NCBI GenBank assembly: GCA_033723415.1
Contig: JAWVXD010000006.1
Coordinates: 1 to 64,000 of the forward strand
DNA length: 64,000 nt
Source of the DNA: Sulfurospirillaceae bacterium
GTDB taxonomy: Bacteria > Campylobacterota > Campylobacteria > Campylobacterales > Sulfurospirillaceae
Direction: 5' to 3'
A model generated the notes under the pieces. It was not told the origin of the DNA. It made no database searches and saw only the letters and a program-made list of their open reading frames with translations. The position numbers and the translations under genes were made by a program. This document shows positions 10,856-20,759 of this stretch, piece by piece; the first letter of the stretch is position 1; each line of letters begins with the position of its first letter.

Positions 10856-11946
10856 TGTGTCCACTCTATATTTTTTAATTTTGCGTCACTAACATAAATC
10901 TCTAGATCTTCCGCAGTTAAAATGTTTCCTTTTTCATAAAAAGCCTTGTACCATTTTACAGTCTTCTCAAATGTCGTATCACTGTCCCAGACATCTTTCC
11001 ACTTCAAAAGTATATGTGCTTTTGAGCAATCTAATTTTAGAAGATTTGCTTCATGTAGTTGATTTGGGTTTTTATTTATTTCATAGTCGATCTTATCCCA
11101 ATGTTTTTTAACATTTTTTACCACTTCTTCAACCGTTATGCTACCCTCATCACTTGGACCAAAATTCCAAGCATCACTAAATACTACTTCTTCTTCAAGA
11201 AGTTTTTGTCCAACCAACAGATAGCCGCTAAGAGGCTCTAGCACATGTTGCCAAGGACGGGTCGCTTTTGGATTTCGGATACTGACTTTTTTTCCTTGCG
11301 AAACAGAGAGCATGATATCTGTTATGAGCCGATCTTTTGCCCAGTCACCACCGCCTATAACATTGCCTGCTCTACAAGTCGCAAGTAGTGTATTGTGAGT
11401 TTTTTTGTAATCCGAAATGTTAAAATATGAATTCCGATAAGAACTGGCCAATATATCTGCACATCCTTTGGATGAACTGTAGGGGTCATACCCACCCATC
11501 GGATCATTTTCACGATAACCCCATATCCACTCTTTGTTTTCATAGGCTTTATCGCTTGTGATATTTACTATGGCTTTTACTTTTGCATTTTTACATACTT
11601 CAAGAACTTTTAGTGTTCCTATAACATTGGTTTCATAAGTTTCGATTGGATTTTCATAAGAAGGCCGCACAAGCGCTTGTGCCGCCAGATGGAACACGAT
11701 ATCTGGTTTATAAGTTTGAAAAGTTTGGTTTAGTTTATCCAAGTCTCTTATATCACCAAGAATAGAGACGATATCAAGATTTAGTGCAGATATATGATTG
11801 GGGAGCGTCGGTGTTTCCAGAGAATAGCCGACAACATTTGCACCCATTCTGGAAAGCCAATATGCAAGCCATGATCCCTTAAACCCAGTATGCCCCGTGA
11901 TTAGAACCGTTTTATTTTCATATATCCCACTAAATAAATTTTTCAT
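10852..11946 (-). CDS. rfbG: CDP-glucose 4,6-dehydratase
   Basis: TGHTGFKGSWL, HLAAQALV, DPYSSSK, RAGNVIGGGD and RPWQHVLEPL motifs. Confidence 0.95.
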   Translation of the reverse strand: MKNLFSGIYENKTVLITGHTGFKGSWLAYWLSRMGANVVGYSLETPTLPNHISALNLDIVSILGDIRDLDKLNQTFQTYKPDIVFHLAAQALVRPSYENPIETYETNVIGTLKVLEVCKNAKVKAIVNITSDKAYENKEWIWGYRENDPMGGYDPYSSSKGCADILASSYRNSYFNISDYKKTHNTLLATCRAGNVIGGGDWAKDRLITDIMLSVSQGKKVSIRNPKATRPWQHVLEPLSGYLLVGQKLLEEEVVFSDAWNFGPSDEGSITVEEVVKNVKKHWDKIDYEINKNPNQLHEANLLKLDCSKAHILLKWKDVWDSDTTFEKTVKWYKAFYEKGNILTAEDLEIYVSDAKLKNIEWTQ

Positions 11947-12719
11947 TGCCATACTTTCCAAGGAGCTTTGTTCTCTTTCCAAAGTTTATTAAGTTTTTGA
12001 TTGTCTCTTAGCGTATCCATAGGTTGCCAGAATCCGTCATGCTTGTATGCACTCATCTTGCCTTCAAGTGCCAAATTTTGTAACGGTTCTTGTTCAAATA
12101 TACAACTTTCGTCATCAGAGATATAATCGAACACTTCGGGTTCACAAACAAAAAAGCCACCGTTGATCCACCCGGCTTCTGTCTTTGGTTTTTCTATGAA
12201 TTTTTTAATATTCTGTTTTTCATCAATATCAAGATTTCCAAATCTTGCCTCTGGCTGTATCGCCGTCATCGTAACCGTTTTTCCGTTTGATTTATGAAAT
12301 GCAATACTTGCAGCTATGTCAATATCACTCACACCATCACCATAAGTCAATAAAAATGATTCATTGCCAATATAATTCTGAGCTCTTTTGATCCTACCAC
12401 CTGTCATAGTGTCCAGGCCCGTATCTACAAGTGTTACTTTCCAAGGCTCACTCGTGTTGTTGTGAACTTCCATTTTATTGGTCTGCATATCGATCGTAAT
12501 GTCGCTTTGGTGTAAAAAATAGTTTGCAAAATACTCTTTGATGTAGTACCCTTTATAACCAAGCAAGATGACAAAATCATTAAATCCATAATGAGAGTAT
12601 ATCTTCATGATATGCCATAAAATCGGCTTTCCCCCTATCTCGACCATAGGCTTTGGTTTTATATCCGTCTCTTCAGCTATTCGTGTCCCGTATCCCCCGG
12701 CTAATAATACAACTTTCAT
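11943..12719 (-). CDS. rfbF: Glucose-1-phosphate cytidylyltransferase
   Basis: LAGGYGTRIAEET..KPKPMVEIG, TMTGGR and FWQPMDTLRD motifs. Confidence 0.95.
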   Translation of the reverse strand: MKVVLLAGGYGTRIAEETDIKPKPMVEIGGKPILWHIMKIYSHYGFNDFVILLGYKGYYIKEYFANYFLHQSDITIDMQTNKMEVHNNTSEPWKVTLVDTGLDTMTGGRIKRAQNYIGNESFLLTYGDGVSDIDIAASIAFHKSNGKTVTMTAIQPEARFGNLDIDEKQNIKKFIEKPKTEAGWINGGFFVCEPEVFDYISDDESCIFEQEPLQNLALEGKMSAYKHDGFWQPMDTLRDNQKLNKLWKENKAPWKVWQ

Positions 12720-13879
12720 GATAATACCTCTATCAAATATTTTATCTCTTCGCTCAGGTCAACTTGTGAATTTCCTACAAAAAATCCATGTTCATGCAGA
12801 TAATCCGCATTTTTAAGTTCATCATGGATTTCATAATCAAAAAACTTCATCACTTCATTTTTTACAAAATTGCCAGTCACGATCGGACGACAGTCTATAT
12901 TATACTTCATGAGTTTTTTCACTACCTCATCTCTTTTAAGTTTTGAAGTCGGTTTTATGATGAGCGAAAAACCAAACCATGAGCTCTTTGATATATCTTT
13001 TTGAATCATAAAATCAGGATGGTCTTTAAAAAGCTCTATAAATAGTTTTGCATTTTCTCTTCTTTGTTCTAAAAAGGATGGCAGTTTTTTAAGTTGCTCT
13101 ATTCCTATGGCTCCACTCATCTCCACGGGTCTTACATTGTATCCAGGCAATACAAAACGAAATGATTCTTCAAACCAGTTATCACTCTTCTTTGATACTT
13201 TATTTTCGCTAGGTAGATTTCTCGTCCAACCATGAGCTCTAAGCGAAAGTAGTATGTGATACAGTTCTTCATCGTCCGTCACAACAAAACCACCTTCCAT
13301 CGTAGCCATATGATGAGAAAAAAATGTCGAAAATGTTCCCATGATACCAAAAGTTCCCGCTTGTTTTTCTTTGTATTCTGCTCCCATTGACTCACAGTTG
13401 TCTTCAAGTATAAAGATGTCTTGGTCTTTTATAATATCTTTGATTACATCAAAATCATTTGGGTTTCCAAGAAGATTGACAACCATGATCATCTTGGTTT
13501 TTTGAGTTACAGCACTCTTGAGAGCATTTAGATCGTAGTTGAGTGTTTCTAAGTCTATATCAACAAATTTTAATTTCAATCCGTATTGTTGCAATGGAAA
13601 ATAAGTTGTTGACCATGAAACTGCCGGTACGATAACCTCATCACCTCTCTTGAGCATTGGATTTTTTGTAAAAAAGAGGGCTGCTGTTGCTATAAGATTG
13701 GCAGCAGATCCGGAACTAACCATAACACAATATCTTTTATCTAGGAACTTAGCAAAATCCTTTTCAAATTGCGCAACACTTTCACCCATTGTAAAGATAT
13801 CTTTATCAATAACACTTTGTATCGCTTGTAGCTCTTTTTCATCCCAAGTTGACGTTGCTAACGGATAGTTACTTATCAT
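12716..13879 (-). CDS. colD: GDP-4-keto-6-deoxy-D-mannose 3-dehydratase (ColD/WbdK)
   Basis: N-terminus YPLATSTWD...FTMG matches ColD; FFSHHMATMEGG has His instead of the aminotransferase Lys; LRAHGW; FRFVLPGYNVRP. Confidence 0.88.
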   Translation of the reverse strand: MISNYPLATSTWDEKELQAIQSVIDKDIFTMGESVAQFEKDFAKFLDKRYCVMVSSGSAANLIATAALFFTKNPMLKRGDEVIVPAVSWSTTYFPLQQYGLKLKFVDIDLETLNYDLNALKSAVTQKTKMIMVVNLLGNPNDFDVIKDIIKDQDIFILEDNCESMGAEYKEKQAGTFGIMGTFSTFFSHHMATMEGGFVVTDDEELYHILLSLRAHGWTRNLPSENKVSKKSDNWFEESFRFVLPGYNVRPVEMSGAIGIEQLKKLPSFLEQRRENAKLFIELFKDHPDFMIQKDISKSSWFGFSLIIKPTSKLKRDEVVKKLMKYNIDCRPIVTGNFVKNEVMKFFDYEIHDELKNADYLHEHGFFVGNSQVDLSEEIKYLIEVLS

Positions 13880-14807
13880 GAATTACCTCTTGTAAATAAT
13901 AATCATATATTTTTTTAATACCCTCTTTTAGAGGTGTTTTATATCTCCATCCAAATGCTTGAAGTTTTGTATCATCTATGAGTTTTTGCCTCATCCCAAC
14001 TGGTTTTGTTAAGTCATGTACAAATTCACCTTTATAACCTATGACTTCAGCTATCGTGCTATAGTATTCGTTGATCGTATAGTCATGTCCCAATCCTACA
14101 TTGATATTTTGAGGCATCTTCTCAAAGTTTTCCAAAGCGTAATAAACAAAATCCGCCAAGTCTTCGGCATACATGAACTCTCTTCTGGCTTCTCCATCAC
14201 CCCAGATATCTAGCGTTTCACTCTGATTTATTTTGGCATCATGTATTTTTTTAATGACTGCCGGAAGCATATGAGAGTGTTTAGGATCAAATTTGTCATA
14301 TTTGCCATATAAGTTGCACGGGATAACCGTTTTATACTCAAATGCAGAATCTTCTCTATGTATGTATTCACATAATCTTGTCGATGTGATCTTGGCAATT
14401 GCATAGCCTTCATTGGTTGGCTCTAATTCACCCTTCAAGATCAACTCCTCCGCTAGTGGGTTTTTTGCTTCTCTTGGATACATACATGAACTACTCATAT
14501 TGATAAACTTTTTTACTCCGGATTCGTGTGCACTCATGATGATATTGAGTCCCATTTGGGTATTTTCTACTAGAAACTTAACAGGATGTGCCATATTGGC
14601 TTGTATGCCACCGACTATGCCTGCACAGTGGATCACAATGTCTGGATTGTTTGATTTCATATAAGTATCAACACTATTTTTATCAAGCAAGTTCAATTCA
14701 CTACTAGATGGTGTTAAAAGTAAATATTGGCTACCTTTTGGATATGTGGCAATATTCTTTCCAACCATACCGTTTGAGCCTGTTATCAATATCTTTAACA
14801 AAGCCAA
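13869..14807 (-). CDS. colC: GDP-L-fucose synthase family epimerase/reductase, probably GDP-L-colitose synthase (ColC/WbdJ)
   Basis: ITGSNGMVG, VGGIQAN, SSCMYP, LEPTNEGYAIAK and PCNLYG motifs; lies between gmd and colD. Confidence 0.78.
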   Translation of the reverse strand: MALLKILITGSNGMVGKNIATYPKGSQYLLLTPSSSELNLLDKNSVDTYMKSNNPDIVIHCAGIVGGIQANMAHPVKFLVENTQMGLNIIMSAHESGVKKFINMSSSCMYPREAKNPLAEELILKGELEPTNEGYAIAKITSTRLCEYIHREDSAFEYKTVIPCNLYGKYDKFDPKHSHMLPAVIKKIHDAKINQSETLDIWGDGEARREFMYAEDLADFVYYALENFEKMPQNINVGLGHDYTINEYYSTIAEVIGYKGEFVHDLTKPVGMRQKLIDDTKLQAFGWRYKTPLKEGIKKIYDYYLQEVIHDK

Positions 14808-14810
14808 ATC

Positions 14811-15932
14811 CTATTCAAAATAATTCATGATAGTATAGCCACCGTCTTTGAGGTATTGCTCTTTGGTCATCAGTTTGAGATCTGATTTCATCATATCATC
14901 AACCAAATCTTGTAATTTATACTCTCTCTTCCAGCCTAATTTTTGTTCCGCTTTTGAAGGATCGCCTAAAAGAAGATCGACTTCTGTCGGTCTAAAATAT
15001 CTTGGATCTACTGCCACAACCTCTTTGCCTATTTCTACTTGGTACTCTGGATTTGAACAAGACTTGACATAGGCTTTTTCATCTACGCCCTCGCCTTTGA
15101 ACTCCAGTTCGATGCCTGCATATGCAAATGACATCTTTACAAAATCTCGCACGGTCGTTGTCTGCCCTGTTGCGATGACCCAATCTTCTGGCTGAGAAGT
15201 CTGAAGGATCATCCACATCATACGCACATAATCTTTTGCATGACCCCAGTCGCGTTTTGCATCCAGATTTCCAAGATAGAGTTTATCTTGAAGACCTAGT
15301 GCTATCTTAGATGCAGCACGAGTGATCTTTCTTGTTACGAATGTCTCACCCCTGACAGGAGATTCATGATTAAAAAGGATGCCGTTACATGCAAACATCC
15401 CGTAAGCTTCACGGTAGTTTACCGTGATCCAGTATGCGTACATTTTCGCCACAGCATAAGGACTTCTCGGATAAAACGGTGTCGTTTCACTTTGTGGTGT
15501 CTCTTGTACTTTTCCAAATAGTTCTGATGTACTTGCCTGATAGATTCTTGTTTTTTTCTCTAATCCGAGTAATTTTACGGCTTCTAGTATCCTAAGTGTT
15601 CCCGTACCATCTGCATTTGCCACGTATTCCGGTGTCTCAAAACTCACATGAACATGACTCATCGCCGCAAGATTATAGATCTCATCAGGCTGCGTCTCTT
15701 GGATGATGCGCGTTAGATTCATACTGTCTGTCATATCGCCATAATGAAGATGTAAATTGACATCTTTTTCGTGTAGATCTTGGTAAAGATGATCGATTCT
15801 ATCGGTATTAAAAAGAGAACTTCTTCTTTTGATACCATGAACCTCGTATCCTTTTTTAAGTAAAAACTCTGCTAAATAACTCCCGTCCTGTCCTGTTATA
15901 CCTGTTATCAGTGCTACTTTTTTCTTTTCCAT
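14811..15932 (-). CDS. gmd: GDP-mannose 4,6-dehydratase
   Basis: [32 protein letters not shown] and [15 protein letters not shown] motifs. Confidence 0.97.
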   Translation of the reverse strand: MEKKKVALITGITGQDGSYLAEFLLKKGYEVHGIKRRSSLFNTDRIDHLYQDLHEKDVNLHLHYGDMTDSMNLTRIIQETQPDEIYNLAAMSHVHVSFETPEYVANADGTGTLRILEAVKLLGLEKKTRIYQASTSELFGKVQETPQSETTPFYPRSPYAVAKMYAYWITVNYREAYGMFACNGILFNHESPVRGETFVTRKITRAASKIALGLQDKLYLGNLDAKRDWGHAKDYVRMMWMILQTSQPEDWVIATGQTTTVRDFVKMSFAYAGIELEFKGEGVDEKAYVKSCSNPEYQVEIGKEVVAVDPRYFRPTEVDLLLGDPSKAEQKLGWKREYKLQDLVDDMMKSDLKLMTKEQYLKDGGYTIMNYFE

Positions 15933-15936
15933 TTAA

Positions 15937-17268
15937 TTATTCCCTTTTAAAGTCATCTTCTAGCCTTACAATATCATCCTCTCCTGTGTACTCACCGACT
16001 TGTACTTCGATTATCACCAAAGGTAACTTTCCTTTATTTTCAAGTCTGTGAATATCCCCTGCTTTTATATAGGTGCTCTCATTTGGACTTACCGTAAATA
16101 CCTGATCTTCAATCGTCACCGTGGCACATCCGCTTAAGACAATCCAGTGTTCATTTCTATGAAAATGTTTCTGTAATGAGAGTCTTTTCCCTTGTTTGAC
16201 CTCGATCCGTTTGATTTTGTAACCCATTGAATCTTCCAGAACCGTATAAGTTCCCCAAGGACGATAACCTGTGAGATGGATATTTGGGAGTTCTGATTTT
16301 TCGCTCTTTAATCTTGTGACAATATCTTTTACTTTTTGGCTGCTACCTTTTTTGCATACCAAAAGTGAATCCTCGGTATCCACGATGATACAATCTTCTA
16401 TATCAATCGTTTCAACATTTTTGTTTGACATGATAAGATTATTGTTCTCGTCATTTGGCAGTTCGCACGAGAGTGAATCAAAACTTCCTACATCGCTCCA
16501 AGATATATCGGATGGAACGATTTTTACTTTTTTGGATTTTTCCATTACGGCATAATCAATACTGTCTTCCGGTATCTTGATCATGTCTTCATGTCGGATA
16601 CGCAGTTGATTGTCTGCAATAAGCTGTCTATTATCAAATGCCCTCTTACAAGTCTTGTAAATCTCAGGAGCATAGGTTTGTAACTCCTCTAAAAATACGC
16701 CTGCTCTAAAGCAGAACATTCCGGAATTCCAATAATAATTTCCACTTTCGAGATAACTACTCGCCGTTTGTACATCAGGTTTTTCATGAAATGCACTGAC
16801 ATCCTCACCATCAGCTTCAATATACCCAAACCCCGTTTCTGCATAACCTGGTTTGATGCCAAACGTAACCAAAAAATCTTTTTCTGCTAACGCTTTTGCC
16901 TTTTGCAAAACTACTTCATATTCAAGTTCATTTTTGATCAAATGATCTGATGGCGTCACCAATACGATCTCATCTTTTTGAAGTGCAAGGCAAGCTAGTG
17001 CTATAGCAGGTGCCGTATTTCTTCCTATTGGTTCCAGCATGTAGGAATTATGCTTCAAACCCAACTCCTCTAGCTGATCTAGGGCTAGAAAATATTGTTC
17101 TGCATTTGATACAATAAATTGAGATTGACAAACCTTAGAATTTCTCTTGACGGTGAGTTGAAACAGTGATTTATCATAAAAAAGTTTTACAAATTGCTTT
17201 GGATACAGTGTTCGACTGATCGGCCACAGTCTCGTTCCGTTGCCACCACACAGGATAATATTGGTCAT
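15937..17268 (-). CDS. manC: Mannose-1-phosphate guanylyltransferase / mannose-6-phosphate isomerase
   Basis: CGGNGTRLWPISR..PKQF, EPIGRNTAPA, WNSGMF and WSDVGS motifs; C-terminal cupin RPWG...LSLQKH.HR.EHW. Confidence 0.95.
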   Translation of the reverse strand: MTNIILCGGNGTRLWPISRTLYPKQFVKLFYDKSLFQLTVKRNSKVCQSQFIVSNAEQYFLALDQLEELGLKHNSYMLEPIGRNTAPAIALACLALQKDEIVLVTPSDHLIKNELEYEVVLQKAKALAEKDFLVTFGIKPGYAETGFGYIEADGEDVSAFHEKPDVQTASSYLESGNYYWNSGMFCFRAGVFLEELQTYAPEIYKTCKRAFDNRQLIADNQLRIRHEDMIKIPEDSIDYAVMEKSKKVKIVPSDISWSDVGSFDSLSCELPNDENNNLIMSNKNVETIDIEDCIIVDTEDSLLVCKKGSSQKVKDIVTRLKSEKSELPNIHLTGYRPWGTYTVLEDSMGYKIKRIEVKQGKRLSLQKHFHRNEHWIVLSGCATVTIEDQVFTVSPNESTYIKAGDIHRLENKGKLPLVIIEVQVGEYTGEDDIVRLEDDFKRE

Positions 17269-17270
17269 AT

Positions 17271-17573
17271 CTAACTTCTCATCTTTTCAAGCTCTTCTAC
17301 AAGTTCGTCATACTCTTTTTTCTTTCTTGCAATAAATTTTTCGGTTAGTATCAGTTTCTCTTGTATGCCTTTTTGTGTCAATAGATATTTATATTGGTTT
17401 TTGTTTTTATTGGCAAAAAAGTTTTCTGCTTTTATGAAGCCTTTGTCTACCAGTGCTTTGATCACATAGTTGATCTTTCCTACACTCAAACCGAGTTTTT
17501 CCGCAAGTGATTTTTGAGTTTTAATTTCATCAAGATTTCTAAGAACGGCCAATGTAAGTTCATCTTGTTGCAA
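17271..17573 (-). CDS. MarR-family EPS-associated transcriptional regulator
   Basis: TQKSLAEKLGLSVGKINY..KALVDKG and Y.YLLT..GI.EK pattern; precedes manC. Confidence 0.85.
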   Translation of the reverse strand: MQQDELTLAVLRNLDEIKTQKSLAEKLGLSVGKINYVIKALVDKGFIKAENFFANKNKNQYKYLLTQKGIQEKLILTEKFIARKKKEYDELVEELEKMRS

Positions 17574-17648
17574 TATCTTAACTCCTTTGTAAAATTCATT
17601 TATTGAATTTTACTATTTTTGTCTTTATTAAAGATTAATCAGATCACC

Positions 17649-18671
17649 TTAGTCTAGATTTTTCTCCCATTCGTAAGCACTTTGGCATATAAGTGTCAAA
17701 TCTTCATATTTTGGAGTCCAATTCATTTTACTTTTTATTTTGCTATTATCTGATATCAAAGCAGCCGGATCACCTGCTCTTCTTGGAGCAAGATGGACTT
17801 GAAAATCAACTCCTGTGACTTTTTTCATAGCTCCTATCACTTCTTTGACAGAGTAACCTTTTCCATAGCCGACATTGAATATACCGCTAGGGTTTTTATC
17901 GAGATAATTTATAGCTTTTATATGTGCATCTGCCAAATCATCAACATGTATATAATCCCTAACTCCGGTTCCATCAATCGTTGCAAAATCATCACCGAAT
18001 ATTGACATATTTTGTCTCTTGCCTAACGCACATTCACTAGCAATTTTGATGAGATGAGTTGCATTTGGGAAAGATTGTCCGATTCTTGGGCATAATTTGT
18101 CATCTTTATAATTTATATCTGCACCTGCTACATTAAAGTATCTAAAAATCACATATTGAGAATCTTTATGGGCTACAGCCGTATCTTGTATGACTCGTTC
18201 ACTCATAAGTTTGCTCATTCCATAAGGATTGATCGGATTGGTTGGATAAGATTCATCTATACCGTTTTCCGGTAAATCTGCAGGTTCTCCATATGTTGCG
18301 GCTGTTGAGCTGAATATAAATTTGCCAATACCGTTTTGCACTGCACATTTTATCAAATTTGTCGTATTAACTGTGTTATTCATATAGTATTTTAGGGGGT
18401 TTTCAACAGATTCAGGTACAACTATGCTCGCAGCAAAATGGATGATTGTATCGATTTTATTATTTTTCAAAACGCTATTTACTTTGTCAAACTCTTTGAG
18501 ATCAAGCTTGATAAACTTAAAATCTCGTATAGAGTTTAAAGTATCTAAAGTTCTCGTACTTCCTGTGCTAAGATTATCTAGGATGATGATCTCGTTTTCC
18601 GTTGTTTCCAATAGTTGTTTTGCGACATGACTACCGATATAGCCTGCACCGCCTGTTATAAGTATATTCAA
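17649..18671 (-). CDS. galE: UDP-glucose 4-epimerase
   Basis: TGGAGYIGSH, FSSTAATYG, YGMSK, RYFNVAGA and DGTGVRDYIHV motifs. Confidence 0.95.
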   Translation of the reverse strand: MNILITGGAGYIGSHVAKQLLETTENEIIILDNLSTGSTRTLDTLNSIRDFKFIKLDLKEFDKVNSVLKNNKIDTIIHFAASIVVPESVENPLKYYMNNTVNTTNLIKCAVQNGIGKFIFSSTAATYGEPADLPENGIDESYPTNPINPYGMSKLMSERVIQDTAVAHKDSQYVIFRYFNVAGADINYKDDKLCPRIGQSFPNATHLIKIASECALGKRQNMSIFGDDFATIDGTGVRDYIHVDDLADAHIKAINYLDKNPSGIFNVGYGKGYSVKEVIGAMKKVTGVDFQVHLAPRRAGDPAALISDNSKIKSKMNWTPKYEDLTLICQSAYEWEKNLD

Positions 18672-18746
18672 AACCTTCTCCTTCTACTTTTGAAGGTATA
18701 TTTTAACTATTTTCAAATTAAAATAAGGTTTTTGATTTGATGCAGA

Positions 18747-19700
18747 CTAATAATTCTCAATCAAACTCTTCGTGACTTCATCAAGAATCACAAACGAGTA
18801 TTTACCTGAGATATTTTGTTTATCTAAAATAGGATTGATCTCCGCACTTTCCCAACAACATACTTTAGGATTTTTTATTAGTTCCATATTTAATTGTAAG
18901 GCTTGTTCAAAACTAAGTCCACCTGCTGATGGCGTACCGGTTCCAGGTATATAAAGAGGATCTATACTGTCTACGTCAAAAGATACGTAAATATGATCAC
19001 AATGAGCCAGATCATCAAAGATATGTTCTACGACTTTCTTGACTCCATCATAAGTTATCTTAGAAGTCGAGTAATTTTTGATACCGTAAAGTTTCAGAAG
19101 ATGTGCTTCTGCTTCTTCATAATCTCGTAGTGAACAAAACACTATATCCTTAGGATCTATAGCTCTTTTCCCGGCAAGTGCTTTTAAATCATTCCAATAG
19201 CCGATCTCTTCGTCACTTGGATCTTTGATCGCAACTTCTTTATTGTCTAAGTCTGCGGCAATTGCCAAAGGCATACCGTGCATATTGCCCGATGGTGAAG
19301 TAAACGGAGTGTGAAGATCAGCATGTGCATCTATATAAACTACACCTATAGTATCGTTTGGATAGGCCATCTTCAAACCGAGCATAGTGCCTGCACATGT
19401 GGAGTGATCACCTGCCATCACGATAGGAAAAAGTTTCTCTTCTTTTGTTTTTTTAACTTCTTCCGCTACTCTTTGTATAACAAGAGCTACCTTATCAATG
19501 TATTTTGCGCATTTGTATTTTGTGCCCTCATAGACTGCTCTATTTTCATCCTCTATCACGACTGAGGGGAAATCTTCAAAATACTTTGAACCGCCATGTA
19601 TACTAGAGAGCTTAAGCGCATTGATACCCATACCTGCACCGCTTTTTGCTCCTGCAATATCTGAAGGTACTTCTATAAGTTTGATTTTTGTTTTAGACAT
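18747..19700 (-). CDS. rocF: Arginase
   Basis: GDHS, DAHADLHT, SGNMHGMP, SFDVDSID, PGTGTP and EINP motifs. Start moved to the ATG just after the ocd stop. Confidence 0.9.
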   Translation of the reverse strand: MSKTKIKLIEVPSDIAGAKSGAGMGINALKLSSIHGGSKYFEDFPSVVIEDENRAVYEGTKYKCAKYIDKVALVIQRVAEEVKKTKEEKLFPIVMAGDHSTCAGTMLGLKMAYPNDTIGVVYIDAHADLHTPFTSPSGNMHGMPLAIAADLDNKEVAIKDPSDEEIGYWNDLKALAGKRAIDPKDIVFCSLRDYEEAEAHLLKLYGIKNYSTSKITYDGVKKVVEHIFDDLAHCDHIYVSFDVDSIDPLYIPGTGTPSAGGLSFEQALQLNMELIKNPKVCCWESAEINPILDKQNISGKYSFVILDEVTKSLIENY

Positions 19701-19701
19701 A

Positions 19702-20712
19702 TTAGTTTGTAAAAGATTCAAAAAGATTTTTAGGATCATTCATCACAGGAATCAAATCCAGCTCTTTTCCTATGCCATAATGTTTTGCCAATTTATATAC
19801 CAGTTTCAAAACGGAAAAATCCTCTACTGCAAATCCTACGGAATCAAAAAGAGTTATCTCTTTTTCATCTTTTCTGCCAGATATTTTACCTTTAATGACT
19901 TCATGCATCTCTATTGTTTGAAAATCATCATCCATCTGCTGGATCTCACCTTCGATCTTTGTTTGTGGTAGGTACTCGATAAATACCGAAGAATTTTCAA
20001 CCACTTCTTTGGCAAGCTCGGTTTTTCCAGGGCAATCTCCGCCAACGCCATTGATAAACATACCCTCTTCTATCATATCTTGTGTTAGTATTGTCTGGTT
20101 TTTTTTATCTGCTGTAATAGTTGTAACGATGTCGGCACCGATTACGGCTTCTTTAGCACTTTCGCATCTTGTCAGTTTGAAGTTATATGCTGACATATTC
20201 TTTTCAAACTTATCCATAGCTTTTGGATCTATGTCAAAATATCGTATCTCTTGAATATCAAATTGTGTGCTAAACGCCAAAGATTGAAATTCGCTTTGAG
20301 CACCGGTTCCTATTAAACACAAAACCTTTGAATTTTTTCTCGCTAAGTATTTACCGGCCATTGCAGAAGTGGCACCGGTTCTGAGTGCCGTGAGCAATGT
20401 CATCTCAGAGATCATAACAGGTTCTCCAGTGTCGATCGTAGATAACTGTCCCGTAGCCATAACGGTAGTCTTATTAAAATTTGGATTTTGTGGATGTCCC
20501 GTGACATATTTATAAGCATAAAACTCTTCATCGCTTGTAGGCATCAATTCAAGGACGCCGTAAGAAAAATGTGTGGCAATTCTGGGCATTTTGTCAAAAT
20601 TATCCCAATTTTTAAAATCTTCTTCTAAAGTTTTGATCAATTGTAGAAAAAAATCTTGAAATCCAACTTTTTCTACAATTTTACGGATGTCATAAACATC
20701 TAAAATGAGCAT
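19702..20712 (-). CDS. ocd: Ornithine cyclodeaminase
   Basis: GVLELMP, YKYVTGHP, LTALRT, GTGAQSEFQ, GGDCPGKTEL and FDSVGFA motifs; AAGGA RBS before ATG 20712. Confidence 0.9.
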   Translation of the reverse strand: MLILDVYDIRKIVEKVGFQDFFLQLIKTLEEDFKNWDNFDKMPRIATHFSYGVLELMPTSDEEFYAYKYVTGHPQNPNFNKTTVMATGQLSTIDTGEPVMISEMTLLTALRTGATSAMAGKYLARKNSKVLCLIGTGAQSEFQSLAFSTQFDIQEIRYFDIDPKAMDKFEKNMSAYNFKLTRCESAKEAVIGADIVTTITADKKNQTILTQDMIEEGMFINGVGGDCPGKTELAKEVVENSSVFIEYLPQTKIEGEIQQMDDDFQTIEMHEVIKGKISGRKDEKEITLFDSVGFAVEDFSVLKLVYKLAKHYGIGKELDLIPVMNDPKNLFESFTN

Positions 20713-20732
20713 TATATCTTTCCTTGATTTTT

Positions 20733-20759
20733 TCAAAAAGAGGCTTAGCCTCTTTTTGA
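20733..20759 (-). terminator. Intrinsic terminator-like hairpin after the phosphoribosyltransferase gene
   Basis: TCAAAAAGAGGCT-T-AGCCTCTTTTTGA inverted repeat with flanking A/T tracts. Confidence 0.7.

Noticed and set aside
9116..10864. Annotation as housekeeping acetolactate synthase (ilvB/ilvI)
   Set aside because: No small subunit or other ilv genes nearby, and it is translationally coupled to CDP-sugar genes; a YerE-like role fits better.
12716..13879. Annotation as DegT/perosamine-type aminotransferase
   Set aside because: The Schiff-base Lys position is His (SHHMATMEGG), which indicates a ColD-type dehydratase.
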